Below, in pieces: positions 47,278 to 56,081 of a DNA stretch of 64,000 nucleotides (positions are counted from its first letter, which is position 1; each line of letters starts with the position of its first letter). Source of the DNA: a virus (Duplodnaviria; Caudoviricetes). The position numbers were made by a program, and so were the translations under genes. The notes under the pieces were generated by a model. It saw only the letters and a list, made by a program, of their open reading frames with translations, was not told where the DNA came from and made no database searches. The DNA is taken from IMG/VR virus record IMGVR_UViG_3300034104_004892, positions 407 to 64,406 of that record, one strand, 5' to 3'.

Positions 47278-48066
47278 TTACTCTCTATAAAATATGTTCA
47301 GCAGTTCCTCTAAGCGAGCGTTGTAGGCCTTGCTGTTTTTCCGGCCCTCCCACTTGGCAAGAATCTCGAGGACGATGTACAGCCCCCTGCCGCGCAACCA
47401 CGAGCCTTGCGCAAGGTCGCGAGCAATGCTTTGCAGGAAAGGGCCAGCCTCGCCTTTGTACCATGCGTCAAATGAAGGCTCCCCAATCTCCCGCCGGAGA
47501 GCCGCTATGCGGTTTTCCTTGGCTTTGGCAGCCGCTTCCCGCTCAGGTGCCAAAATCGCATTCGCGAACACCTGCGTGCGTGCGTAGTCTGTGCCTTCTT
47601 TGAAATACTGGTTGCAGAACCAATCGAGGTAGCCGGGATCTTCGGCGTGTACTGCCGCGACGGATTTGCCAGCGTGCTTGCCAGCCTGAAACACCGAAAA
47701 ATCGGTGGAAGCAACCCGGGCTGCTTCTGCCGCCCGACGGGCTTCAGCCTGCTCCCGGGAGATGCGGTGGATCTCGTCGAGGTCAAAATTAACCACGCCA
47801 GAAAACGGCGTAGACGGATAGTGCTTGGTCAGGTAATCCCGGGCGGACTCGAGCGCCTGTTCCTTGTCCGTGGACAAGTTGCGAATGTACACTGATGTGT
47901 CGTCGGATTCGGCGGTCGTGTTGCCGTCGTCGTCCCGTACGTGACGGACGCGGACGCCGTACGCCCGGAGCGTGTAAAATGCTGATTTATCTCCGGTGCT
48001 GATGCCGAAGTGCGAAACGTAAACGAGGTTACCGTATATGTCGGATAGAATGGTCTGATTTTTCAT
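47278..48066 (-). CDS. Early protein with a DUF3820/ExoX-C-like motif
   Basis: FQAGKHAGKSVAAVHAEDPGYLDWF. Confidence 0.75.
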   Translation of the reverse strand: MKNQTILSDIYGNLVYVSHFGISTGDKSAFYTLRAYGVRVRHVRDDDGNTTAESDDTSVYIRNLSTDKEQALESARDYLTKHYPSTPFSGVVNFDLDEIHRISREQAEARRAAEAARVASTDFSVFQAGKHAGKSVAAVHAEDPGYLDWFCNQYFKEGTDYARTQVFANAILAPEREAAAKAKENRIAALRREIGEPSFDAWYKGEAGPFLQSIARDLAQGSWLRGRGLYIVLEILAKWEGRKNSKAYNARLEELLNIFYRE

Positions 48067-48100
48067 GGATTTATCGATTAATGGTTAACTGACGGCACTC

Positions 48101-48128
48101 ACTGTATCCGGCCGACGCCGGAGCACAA
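48101..48128 (-). promoter_or_regulatory. Putative early promoter
   Basis: TTGTGC-16 nt-TACAGT after an A-tract; aligns with the promoter at 56449-56477. Confidence 0.4.
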
Positions 48129-48138
48129 CTATTTTTTT

Positions 48139-48186
48139 AAAAAAGAATAACCCGCCTTGCAAATTGGTGACGCAAAGCGGGTTATA
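48139..48186 (-). terminator. Rho-independent terminator
   Basis: ATAACCCGC...GCGGGTTAT followed by TCTTTTTT. Confidence 0.7.
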
Positions 48187-48201
48187 TCGGGTCAAAAGCG
48201 G

Positions 48202-48522
48202 TCAAATTGCTTTGAGCGCGGCCTCCAGCGCCCGGCGGGCGTTGTTTTTTGCGGATTCGGCGTCGCGTAACGCTACCCGCAGGATCTGATCGGCCTCGGC
48301 TGACACTTTTTTGTAGTGCGCCTCGGCTTCGTTACGGGCTTTTGCCGCAACGTATTCGGCCCTTTGCCGGGCCTCTGCCAGCGTGATGACCGGGATAAAG
48401 TCGGACTGCAAATCGCGGCCGAGTTCATCGATGATGCTGGTCAACCAAGGCCCGAGATAACTGTCCCGGCCGAGGTCGGAGGCTGCTTTTGATAGGATGG
48501 CGAGTTCTTGCTGTTTGTTCAT
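48202..48522 (-). CDS. Hypothetical early protein
   Basis: Start MNKQQEL after an AATCGATCC leader. Confidence 0.7.
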   Translation of the reverse strand: MNKQQELAILSKAASDLGRDSYLGPWLTSIIDELGRDLQSDFIPVITLAEARQRAEYVAAKARNEAEAHYKKVSAEADQILRVALRDAESAKNNARRALEAALKAI

Positions 48523-48563
48523 GGATCGATTTTTGGTTGAGGTTTTCGGCGCCCGGGATGGGG

Positions 48564-48770
48564 TCAGCCGCGAATGTTGTTTCGTTTGGCCCACTTCGCA
48601 AGTTCCCGTTGCGTCATAGTCGGCTGGATGTTTTTGCGCTCATCCACAATCCACAAGTGACGAGGGAGCGGCTGCAATTCCGGGGCTTGTCGGCGCCAAT
48701 ACGCCCGGCTTTCGACGTCGGGCGTATTTGTATCGCGCCGCACAGCAATCTGTCTGTATTCGGTGCTCAT
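48564..48770 (-). CDS. Hypothetical early protein
   Basis: 68-aa ORF with ATGA coupling. Confidence 0.55.
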   Translation of the reverse strand: MSTEYRQIAVRRDTNTPDVESRAYWRRQAPELQPLPRHLWIVDERKNIQPTMTQRELAKWAKRNNIRG

Positions 48771-49051
48771 TGTGCGTTTGTAGCGTTTGTAGCGTTTGTA
48801 GCGTTTGCGCGGGCGACGAGTTCATACACCTCGTCGTCGGAATAGGCTTGGAAGACGATTCCGCCGCCGTACTGCTTGTTGTGGAACTTGCGACCGCCTA
48901 GTTTGCGGGCCTTTTTCAAGGCAAACTCGTACAGGTCAACGAGCGTAAGCGTTCCCCGTTCCTCCGGCGTGATGAACGCGAGAAAGTGAATTACTCTTCT
49001 CGAGTTTCCGTTCACATCGTTTTTTATTCTAGTAATAGTGTATTCGCTCAT
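48767..49051 (-). CDS. Conserved small phage early protein
   Basis: RIKNDVNGNSRRVIHF..GGRKFHNKQYGGGIVFQ. Confidence 0.75.
   Translation of the reverse strand: MSEYTITRIKNDVNGNSRRVIHFLAFITPEERGTLTLVDLYEFALKKARKLGGRKFHNKQYGGGIVFQAYSDDEVYELVARANATNATNATNAQ
48774..48807. repeat. 9-bp tandem repeat GCGTTTGTA (about 3.8 copies)
   Basis: Seen directly; encodes the NATNATNAT tail. Confidence 0.85.
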
Positions 49052-49058
49052 AAATCGA

Positions 49059-49577
49059 TTATGCTAAAAGCTCTGATGCGTACCCGCTGAAGTATTCTCC
49101 CCGGGCGTTGTTAAGTAGGTCGGAAAAGTTCCGGAATTCAAATTGCGAACGGTGCTCGCGGATGTATTTGATGCGCTCTGTGGGCGTGTAGCAGTCCGCC
49201 CAGACTCTTTGAGCCTCTTCCTCCTCGCGCTTCGACCAGTCTTCCTCGTCGAGCACCGGGTAATCCTCAAGCGACTGCTGGATCTCAACGGCGGAATCGT
49301 ATTCCGGCGTGCCTTCACGCACGCCAAGGTATTCGATCCACCCGCAAGCCCAATGCCCGATGCGGACAACCTCCACGTTTTCGCCTTCCCCTCCGAGTTG
49401 CTCAAGGGCCGTCTCGAAGTTGGAATTTGAGAGCAGGTCAGCATCCCGGTTTCTTGCAACGAGGACGCCCCATCCCTCGTCTGGTAGTTGTCCGGCGAAG
49501 TTTGCCAGCGAATCTAATCCAGTCGGGCTGGAAACGGCGTTTCTGAGCGATGGTAACGATGATTTATTTTTATTCAT
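49059..49577 (-). CDS. Conserved phage early protein
   Basis: SNFE..GHWACGWIE..LEDYPVLDEED motif. Confidence 0.8.
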   Translation of the reverse strand: MNKNKSSLPSLRNAVSSPTGLDSLANFAGQLPDEGWGVLVARNRDADLLSNSNFETALEQLGGEGENVEVVRIGHWACGWIEYLGVREGTPEYDSAVEIQQSLEDYPVLDEEDWSKREEEEAQRVWADCYTPTERIKYIREHRSQFEFRNFSDLLNNARGEYFSGYASELLA

Positions 49578-49660
49578 GGATTTATCAATGTTGATGTGGT
49601 TTGAGCGGAGCGAAACTGCTCCCTGCTACGCCCCGGCCTCCGGGGCGCAGACGGGAACGG

Positions 49661-49870
49661 TTAGTTGTCGAAATCGGCGCAATCTTCGCACCATCCGGCT
49701 GCGTTAAGATCCCGAACCGGGAGTTCAACGCGGCATTCGGTGCATTCGACCCGAAATCCTGAGATTCTGTGGTCGGTGCAGAGCGCCGCAATGCCTAGCG
49801 GCAGTATTGAGCCGTTTACGCGCAATGCGCGTTCGCCTGTAGTTTTGTGGGTAATTGCTGTGACTTTCAT
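49661..49870 (-). CDS. Small zinc-finger protein
   Basis: CTEC..CEDC; follows hammerhead C. Confidence 0.6.
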   Translation of the reverse strand: MKVTAITHKTTGERALRVNGSILPLGIAALCTDHRISGFRVECTECRVELPVRDLNAAGWCEDCADFDN

Positions 49871-49904
49871 GTTTGTGTATTAGTTTGGTTGGTTGGTTGG
49901 TTCT

Positions 49905-49959
49905 CTGACGGCCTCGTCAGGTAGCGCGTGACGCTATGACGCCCGAAGGCGTTTCGGCC
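49905..49959 (-). ncRNA. Type II hammerhead ribozyme (copy C)
   Basis: GGCC-GAAAC-GCC-UUCG-GGC-GUC^A-UAGCGU-CAC-GCGCUA-C-CUGACGA-GGCC; predicted cut 49938/49937; A-C mismatch at the base of stem I. Confidence 0.8.
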
Positions 49960-50112
49960 TTAGCGAGTTGAAAGAACGTAGCGAATCAATTGCTTTATAA
50001 CTGGAAGCGTTTTCCTATTTTTCAACACCCACAAAAGGTTTTCGGTGAGCCAATCTCCGTAGAGATTGGTTGCCACTTGTTTATCGATGTCTGTTAGTGC
50101 TGTTTTTTTCAT
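49960..50112 (-). CDS. Small early protein
   Basis: MKKTALTD...; its stop abuts hammerhead C. Confidence 0.55.
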   Translation of the reverse strand: MKKTALTDIDKQVATNLYGDWLTENLLWVLKNRKTLPVIKQLIRYVLSTR

Positions 50113-50243
50113 TGGATCAGGTTTGGTTGGTTGGTTGGACTGACGGGAGCGATCCAATACTACACCGAAGCTGGCGTCACGTTATTTTTTCGATTCTTTT
50201 TTTAACTCTTAGATAAATGCCGCAATCCCAGGGTTTTACGAGC

Positions 50244-50555
50244 TTACATTTTTTTAATTTTTGCAAGCTCGTCTGCTGCTTCGGCCGCTAGTTTTTTCAG
50301 CTCATCGAACTTATTTTTTGTAACCTTCTTGTTCACAATGAATTCTGATATTCCAGCAGAGTTGCTTTTCGCTAAATTTTGAGTTCCTTTTCCGCGCTCG
50401 AGCAAATAAGAAACTCCTGCACGCCTAGACTTTACAACAGCCCGGTAATACAGCGAGCGAGCGTGTTTTTCGCTACACTTTAACTTTCGGCAAATCTGTT
50501 CGTACGAGTATCCGGCGGCCCGGTGCCAGTATACAAACGCCTCCTTCTGATTCAT
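50244..50555 (-). CDS. HTH protein (sigma region 4-like)
   Basis: AGYSYEQICRKLKCSEKHARSLY; ATGA coupling. Confidence 0.65.
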   Translation of the reverse strand: MNQKEAFVYWHRAAGYSYEQICRKLKCSEKHARSLYYRAVVKSRRAGVSYLLERGKGTQNLAKSNSAGISEFIVNKKVTKNKFDELKKLAAEAADELAKIKKM

Positions 50556-51214
50556 TTCCGGTACGACTCCCAATCGCAAACGGCCACGCCCCCTGCTTCA
50601 ACGATACGGCTTGAAATGCTGTCCCCGATTGCCGCAAGAAACGCCTCCCGGTTTTGGTTGCTGATCAGGATGGTGTCCTTCTGGGCCTGATATCGACGAT
50701 CGACCAGATGCGTCAGCAGACGATCCTCCCAAGCCGTCTCTCCACGCTCCTGCACCTCGTCGAGCACGAGCAGGGCCGGGACAACGTAGGATTCAATCAC
50801 CCGCCGCTCGGATCCGCCTGTCTCCCGGTAGGACTCTTTGATCGCCAAGAAAAACTCCATCGCCGTCGAGTACAGCGGCCGTTTCCCGGCCATTGCAGCA
50901 GCCTTGGCCACCTCCACTGCCAATTGCGTTTTCCCGGCGCCCCGGCGCCCCACAAGCGCGACAATGATGCCGTCGCCAAGTCTGTTTACGACTTTCGTCT
51001 TCAGCTTCAGCCACGGGGCTCCCGTCAACTCTTGCGGCGGGACGTTCCGGTGACGCGCCGGGATGTTCGATTTTGAGAGGTATTCGACTCCCTTCTCCCG
51101 GAGCGCCCGGGCGGCCTGCTCGCGTTCCCAAGCCTTCCACTCCTCCTCATTCAAAGTCTGGAACGACGATTTTTTCAACAAACTCTCTGCTACGTTTTTC
51201 GCTTCGGTGATCAT
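50552..51214 (-). CDS. DnaC/IstB-like helicase loader ATPase
   Basis: GRRGAGKT, LLVLDE, LVDRRY..TILISN, ISSRI. Confidence 0.9.
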   Translation of the reverse strand: MITEAKNVAESLLKKSSFQTLNEEEWKAWEREQAARALREKGVEYLSKSNIPARHRNVPPQELTGAPWLKLKTKVVNRLGDGIIVALVGRRGAGKTQLAVEVAKAAAMAGKRPLYSTAMEFFLAIKESYRETGGSERRVIESYVVPALLVLDEVQERGETAWEDRLLTHLVDRRYQAQKDTILISNQNREAFLAAIGDSISSRIVEAGGVAVCDWESYRK

Positions 51215-51938
51215 TCGGTTTGGTTGTTTTATTGTTGTGGTCGTGACCCTGCCATCCGTTGATGATGGCCCGGTCGATATCCTCAATGGTGCGCTGGACG
51301 CCGTTCTTGACCGCCCTAACCCACGTCCGGGGGAGCGAGACAGGGTTGACTGGCTTCTTGCTGCGATTGCGGTACTCCACCCAATCCAACCACGCCTGCC
51401 GAAACTCCGGGACATCCAACTCGCCCGGGAGCCCGGCAAACCAATCCACGCCCGCGTTAGCGGGCTTCCCCCGCTTGCGGGGGTTAGGGGGTATAGTTTG
51501 GTTATTGGTTTCTGGTTTATGGTTATTGGTTGGCATGCCGCTTGGTTGGCATGCCGTCGGCAGGTTATTCGCTGCCGTCGGCAGTGTTTGAGCTGCCGAC
51601 GGCATGCCGTCGGTAGATTTGGCATACCGCTTCAACGCTCGTTCCCGCTGCGCCTCGCCGAACGCCCGGTACTTCGCTAACACCTCGTCGCACCGTTTGT
51701 TTGTGAGCAGGCCAGCCTCTGAGCGCCCAAAGAACTCGGCGACCACGGCCTCCACGGCGGCTTTCTCGTCAGCCGACCGGGCTCCCAGTTTGCGGCACAG
51801 CCCGGGAATGTCGCCCGGGATGGGGCCGTCGTTAAGGTAGTAGAGATCGAGCAGGCGGCCGTAAATGCCGTGCTCAAGCAACGACAGGTGCCCCGTGTCG
51901 CGGAGGTAGTCCCCAATGTGGCGGGGGTAAGAATTCAT
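51147..51938 (-). CDS. Replication initiator (DUF1376/YdaU family)
   Basis: YPRHIGDYLRDTGHLSLLEHGIYGRLLDLYY; C-terminal AWLDWVEYR..AIINGWQG. Confidence 0.85.
   Translation of the reverse strand: MNSYPRHIGDYLRDTGHLSLLEHGIYGRLLDLYYLNDGPIPGDIPGLCRKLGARSADEKAAVEAVVAEFFGRSEAGLLTNKRCDEVLAKYRAFGEAQRERALKRYAKSTDGMPSAAQTLPTAANNLPTACQPSGMPTNNHKPETNNQTIPPNPRKRGKPANAGVDWFAGLPGELDVPEFRQAWLDWVEYRNRSKKPVNPVSLPRTWVRAVKNGVQRTIEDIDRAIINGWQGHDHNNKTTKPNDHRSEKRSREFVEKIVVPDFE
51530..51615. repeat. Iteron-like repeats (probable replication origin) inside the initiator gene
   Basis: TGCCGTCGG x3 plus one inverted copy and GGCATGCC palindrome x3, next to a strand-biased (GGTT/TTATT) tract. Confidence 0.6.
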
Positions 51939-52353
51939 CGATAGTGAAAATTGAAATTTGAATTGATGGCGTCTCGCCTTTAGCTGCGTAGATTTTTTGA
52001 ATACGGGCATCGCAGATCTGCCCGTCGTCCGCCCAAAAGCCTGCCAGAGCATCCTGTAGCCCTTTAAGCAGGTTATCGTGGTCGGGGCGCAAATCCATCC
52101 AGAGTCGTCCAGCCGGGTCTTTCTTCCGCTGCAAACGAGACGGCCGGGCCATCACAAATAGGACTTCAATCCCAAGAGGCCCGGCCAGTGCTTGTTTTGG
52201 TGTATGCGCTCTCGCGAAGAGCCGGATTGCATCCAGATACCGCGTCGTGCGTTTGTCTTTAAAAAAGATCGGCTTCCCGCCTTTCACAAACATTCGCTTG
52301 CCTCCCGTTTGCACCGGGATGGCTTCGATCGGTATCTGGAACACAATCCTCAT
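51874..52353 (-). CDS. rusA: RusA-family Holliday junction resolvase
   Basis: RPDHDNLLKGLQDALAGFWADDGQI..KIY. Confidence 0.88.
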   Translation of the reverse strand: MRIVFQIPIEAIPVQTGGKRMFVKGGKPIFFKDKRTTRYLDAIRLFARAHTPKQALAGPLGIEVLFVMARPSRLQRKKDPAGRLWMDLRPDHDNLLKGLQDALAGFWADDGQICDARIQKIYAAKGETPSIQISIFTIDEFLPPPHWGLPPRHGAPVVA

Positions 52354-52356
52354 CGC

Positions 52357-52956
52357 TTAGAAGGGGATGTCGTCACCCTCCAATTGCTCCTCGATGGGTC
52401 GATCCGCATACACGGTCGGCTGCGGACGCCGGGCGGGCGCCGGGGCTGCCGCCGGAGATCCAACCTCAGCTTTGACAGACGCTGTTAGCGCCTTGAGTTT
52501 GCGCACGAGGCTCGCGGCCTTGTTTTGTGAGAGCACAGCCACAGCCCTGACTTTATCGGGGTCGTTGAGCCAGCTCACCTCATAGATCGGATCCCCGTTT
52601 TTTGCGTAGCGCAATGATCTCGTTCCGTTCTCGTTTGCGCGAGTTGCTTGCTCCACCGTGATTGACACGGGCCTACCTTCGAGGAACGGACTGCCGGATG
52701 ACAGCAGCTCAAACCAATTGTCCGGCACATGCAGTGCTTCCACAAGCATGCGCGTTGTTCGGTCGATGACTTTGTCGCTGCTGAGAAATCCGTTCCACGT
52801 TATTTCGCAGCCGCTTTGTTCGCCTTCATCCTCGGCAATGACTAACGGGAGTCTCACGAACGGTGAACCGTTGTCAGTTTCACTTAGCCATCCTCCTGTT
52901 TTTGGCCGTTCGATGTATGCCCGGTAACGTCCGGGCGCCGATACGTATTTGCTCAT
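52357..52956 (-). CDS. Single-stranded DNA-binding protein (DUF669-like)
   Basis: Start MSKYVSAPGRY; acidic tail GDDIPF; follows the Sak4-like gene. Confidence 0.75.
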   Translation of the reverse strand: MSKYVSAPGRYRAYIERPKTGGWLSETDNGSPFVRLPLVIAEDEGEQSGCEITWNGFLSSDKVIDRTTRMLVEALHVPDNWFELLSSGSPFLEGRPVSITVEQATRANENGTRSLRYAKNGDPIYEVSWLNDPDKVRAVAVLSQNKAASLVRKLKALTASVKAEVGSPAAAPAPARRPQPTVYADRPIEEQLEGDDIPF

Positions 52957-52973
52957 TTTGTTTCTCCGATTTT

Positions 52974-53852
52974 TTACTGCAAGGACTGTAGTTTGGTGAT
53001 GCCCGCTTTGACGCGATCTGCTGACAGCGTCTCGAGCGGCGTTTTTGTGTACCGCGCTTTCTCTTCCGGCGTCAACTTCGCGGTCGCGAGTAGTGCCCGA
53101 AATTCGTCGCGTAGCTTCGCAGGATTGTTCGCGTCTACAGCGGCCGCGAATTCTTCCCACGAAAGGTTGAGAACCTCTGGCAGGTTCAAACGATTTTTTG
53201 CGTCCCACCCCGGGCTCCATGTTGTTTGGATGATGCGGCCGCCACCAATTGTTTTTTCGGTGCGCCCCCCGGCAGCCTTCGTCTTGAAGACCTCGTACGT
53301 CGCAAAAAGGCACGCATCAGGCCATTCCCGGAGGATCCCGGTAAAGCCTTTGTGACCCTTCATTTCGTATCGCTCCCAAGCGTCACCGCCCGGGGCAGTG
53401 AACGTCCGAATCTGAACGTGCGACAATAAGATGATGCCGATTTTCTGGCGCTCGCGAAGAGTGTCGAGTTTATTGAGCAGCGCGGACAGCTCGAACTCGG
53501 CAACTTTGTACCCCTTTCCAAACCCGTAGCCTTCAATGTTGGGCTGGCCGTCCCTTTTGCAAATGAACGAATGAATGCTGCGCTCGAGCCAGTCGGTCGT
53601 ATCGACCACGAGCGTCTTGTATCCTTCCGACTTTGCCGTCAGTGCTTCAACGGTAGCAACGACGTCAGCGTAAGATTCTGGAGCGATGCGGGCAACGTGA
53701 TCGAGCCCGGTGAGCCCCTGTTCCTGCGATATAAACAAGGGCTCCGGCGCTGCCGCTGCAAACGTAGATTTACCTATGCCTTCCGGGCCTGAGAGAAGAA
53801 CCCGGGGCGGCAGGCTTTCCCCGCCGCGTTTGATTTTTTGAAGTATGCTCAT
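52974..53852 (-). CDS. AAA_24 / Sak4-like single-strand annealing ATPase
   Basis: GPEGIGKST, TLVVDTTDWLE, GYGFGKGY, ILLSH, AKNR. Confidence 0.88.
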   Translation of the reverse strand: MSILQKIKRGGESLPPRVLLSGPEGIGKSTFAAAAPEPLFISQEQGLTGLDHVARIAPESYADVVATVEALTAKSEGYKTLVVDTTDWLERSIHSFICKRDGQPNIEGYGFGKGYKVAEFELSALLNKLDTLRERQKIGIILLSHVQIRTFTAPGGDAWERYEMKGHKGFTGILREWPDACLFATYEVFKTKAAGGRTEKTIGGGRIIQTTWSPGWDAKNRLNLPEVLNLSWEEFAAAVDANNPAKLRDEFRALLATAKLTPEEKARYTKTPLETLSADRVKAGITKLQSLQ

Positions 53853-53864
53853 TGGATTTATTTT

Positions 53865-54923
53865 TTACTGATTGCTGATAACGAAATGACGGAGGAACTC
53901 CTCTGCCATCGAGTGAAACCCACTGCCGATGGCGAGGGCTTCATCCGTTTCTCCCAGCCGCTTAGTCGGCTGTTCGTACCGGAGAAAATGATACCTGCTG
54001 CACTTGCGCAGTGCGCTCAGGCGTGAGTTGGTCAGGAACTCTTTTTCGGTCTCCCGGGACTCGAGTTCGGCGTGCTTGGTGCCGCTGGTAAACCGGATGT
54101 TGTCCACGGTTGCTCGGCCGGAGCACAAGTCAAAGAATTCGCATGTGCCAAATGCAGTGCATGCCGATGGGTTCCGGGGCCACAGGTTCCTGTTCCGAAA
54201 ATATAGGATCTGCTGCGACTGCGCCCACGCGTCGTTCATATACTCGAGGAGGTCGCTGTCAGTGCGGCCGACCTCCCGGACGGCGAAGTAGTCTTCGGGC
54301 CGGGAACTAATTTCAGCGAACGTCCGGGACGACAGCTCCTCAAAGGTTTCCGGCCTGCTCTGCACCACGTATGCTAATTCGGCATCGCCAGTCTGCCGCC
54401 ACTTCTTGCCGTCCTTTGTGGTGACCCGATTGCCGAACCCATCCACTACAATCTTCAGGCCATTCTCGTCGAGGATCGGGATATTCCCTAACTTGTACCC
54501 GGGCTTCCGGACAACGTCGTAAACAACGGTGTTCGCATCGATACCGCGATTGCGAAGCGAAAGAATGTACTTGCTGATTTGCGTGTCCATGCCAAGGCGC
54601 CCCCAGTAATTGGAGTCAGTGTCGATGGAGTCGCTCGTGGTCTTGTGCTCAAGAACTTTGAGCACCCCGGTGCGCTTGTCGCGCAGCACGCCGTCGATTT
54701 TCCCGGCCTCCAAAAACGTCCGGGACGGCGCCTCGGTTTCCGGGTTTAACAACGGAAAGCTGAACTCGCTCTCGACCTCGAGGACGTCGTGCGACTCGAG
54801 GATCGGGTAGAACGACTCGACCCATCCCTTGTACAGTCCCCGGGCCTTGGCGGTGGCGACGTCGGTCAAAGGGCACTTCTCGAGCCCGGCTGTGACGGCT
54901 GCAATGAATTGTGGTGATTCCAT
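53865..54923 (-). CDS. PD-(D/E)XK Cas4/RecB-like exonuclease, circularly permuted
   Basis: GKIDGV..EHKTT, QISKY and Cx5Cx5C; the LTNSRL..C..Y..GSGFH segment that is normally N-terminal lies at the C-terminus. Confidence 0.85.
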   Translation of the reverse strand: MESPQFIAAVTAGLEKCPLTDVATAKARGLYKGWVESFYPILESHDVLEVESEFSFPLLNPETEAPSRTFLEAGKIDGVLRDKRTGVLKVLEHKTTSDSIDTDSNYWGRLGMDTQISKYILSLRNRGIDANTVVYDVVRKPGYKLGNIPILDENGLKIVVDGFGNRVTTKDGKKWRQTGDAELAYVVQSRPETFEELSSRTFAEISSRPEDYFAVREVGRTDSDLLEYMNDAWAQSQQILYFRNRNLWPRNPSACTAFGTCEFFDLCSGRATVDNIRFTSGTKHAELESRETEKEFLTNSRLSALRKCSRYHFLRYEQPTKRLGETDEALAIGSGFHSMAEEFLRHFVISNQ

Positions 54924-54924
54924 A

Positions 54925-55146
54925 TTAGATTCTGCTGAGTGCTTCTAAAGCGGCAAAGAACGTGATTCCGGTGAGGGCAAGGATCGCAAGAAACTCGTAC
55001 GGAGTTTCTGCGAGTCGGTACAGGAACCCAACATCGGCCGCAGCCAGAAGCAAGCTGGCCACTGCATATGGTAAAGGGTTTTCCGGACGAGGCTCCGAGG
55101 GCAGTAAAACACTCGGCCGATAATTGCGGTTGCGGTTACGATTCAT
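54925..55146 (-). CDS. Two-TM membrane protein
   Basis: Two hydrophobic segments. Confidence 0.65.
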   Translation of the reverse strand: MNRNRNRNYRPSVLLPSEPRPENPLPYAVASLLLAAADVGFLYRLAETPYEFLAILALTGITFFAALEALSRI

Positions 55147-55373
55147 TTGGAAAGCTCAAGTAAGATGTGGGGATTGTCGTTTTTAAAAGAATCGACAAGT
55201 TGGTGATGGGCGCGTTCGGCGCTTTCTTTCGATCCGGAATACGTCGCTTCGCCAATTTGATTTCGATTCAAATCTTTGAGTTGAGTGACGTACTGCCGAC
55301 AGCTCGGATTGTACCACGTATCCACGAAGAACGCTTCCGGGTCGTTATAGGTTGGTTTGATGTATGTATGCAT
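55143..55373 (-). CDS. Hypothetical early protein
   Basis: Start MHTYIKP at 55373. Confidence 0.6.
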   Translation of the reverse strand: MHTYIKPTYNDPEAFFVDTWYNPSCRQYVTQLKDLNRNQIGEATYSGSKESAERAHHQLVDSFKNDNPHILLELSK

Positions 55374-55383
55374 GGCTCGGTAA

Positions 55384-55662
55384 TTAAAAAGTGCAGCAGC
55401 CGCAGCAGGGCGCGTCTTGACACTTTCCGGCGCGGTTGCGGTAACCAACCCACCCGGTGCTGGTGACGACGCCGTAGGACGTCTTGTTGCCCCGGGAGAT
55501 GCGCTGTGCTGTTGGCTCGTCAGTGATCTTGCCTCCGGCGCAGGGCTCGCAGGCCACGAGCCAGAATGTGCGGCCGTAGCGGCGGGTCTTGTGGAGGGTT
55601 CCATCGCCTGCCGGGACGTGCGTCCGGCAGGTGTTGCAGTTGGCGTCGTAGCGATTTTTCAT
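55384..55662 (-). CDS. Cys-rich early protein
   Basis: CNTC, CEPC and RNRAGKCQDAPCCGCC motif typical of small phage proteins. Confidence 0.8.
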   Translation of the reverse strand: MKNRYDANCNTCRTHVPAGDGTLHKTRRYGRTFWLVACEPCAGGKITDEPTAQRISRGNKTSYGVVTSTGWVGYRNRAGKCQDAPCCGCCTF

Positions 55663-55693
55663 GGATAGATCGATTGATTAATTGTTACACACT

Positions 55694-55755
55694 CTAACGA
55701 TTGGCCATCGTCAGCACCAGCATTACTGGTGGACGCCCCGAAGGGCGTTTCGGCC
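55694..55755 (-). ncRNA. Type II hammerhead ribozyme (copy B)
   Basis: GGCC-GAAAC-GCCC-UUCG-GGGC-GUC^CACCAGU-AAU-GCUGGUG-CUGACGA-U-GGCC; predicted cut 55732/55731. Confidence 0.85.
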
Positions 55756-56060
55756 TAGATGTAGTCGGCGTTGCTCGAGATCGTGGATCCAAGCGTCCCG
55801 GTACGGAATGCCGGGAGCACCCATGCGTGCGGCGCTGCGATGCCGCCGTATCGAGGGGCGCCCCACTCGTTGATCACCGCGTCCGGGTCGTTGAAAACGA
55901 TCCAGCAGGTGACAAGGGAGGATTTTTTTGCTCCGACTTTGATGAGGTTGTATGCCGCCTCGTAAAGGCTTTTGCCCCTCGCCCAGCGCCCGGACACACC
56001 GGAGGTGGTAAGAAGGAACACTACGTTTTCTGAGTTGGGTATTATGTTTGATAGGGTCAT
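55755..56060 (-). CDS. Hypothetical early protein flanked by two hammerheads
   Basis: 101-aa ORF with an AATCGATAAATAT leader; its TAG overlaps hammerhead B. Confidence 0.7.
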   Translation of the reverse strand: MTLSNIIPNSENVVFLLTTSGVSGRWARGKSLYEAAYNLIKVGAKKSSLVTCWIVFNDPDAVINEWGAPRYGGIAAPHAWVLPAFRTGTLGSTISSNADYI

Positions 56061-56081
56061 ATATTTATCGATTTGAAATTA

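Noticed and set aside
53865-54923. CRISPR-associated cas4
   Set aside because: No array or other cas genes; context is a Sak4/SSB recombination module
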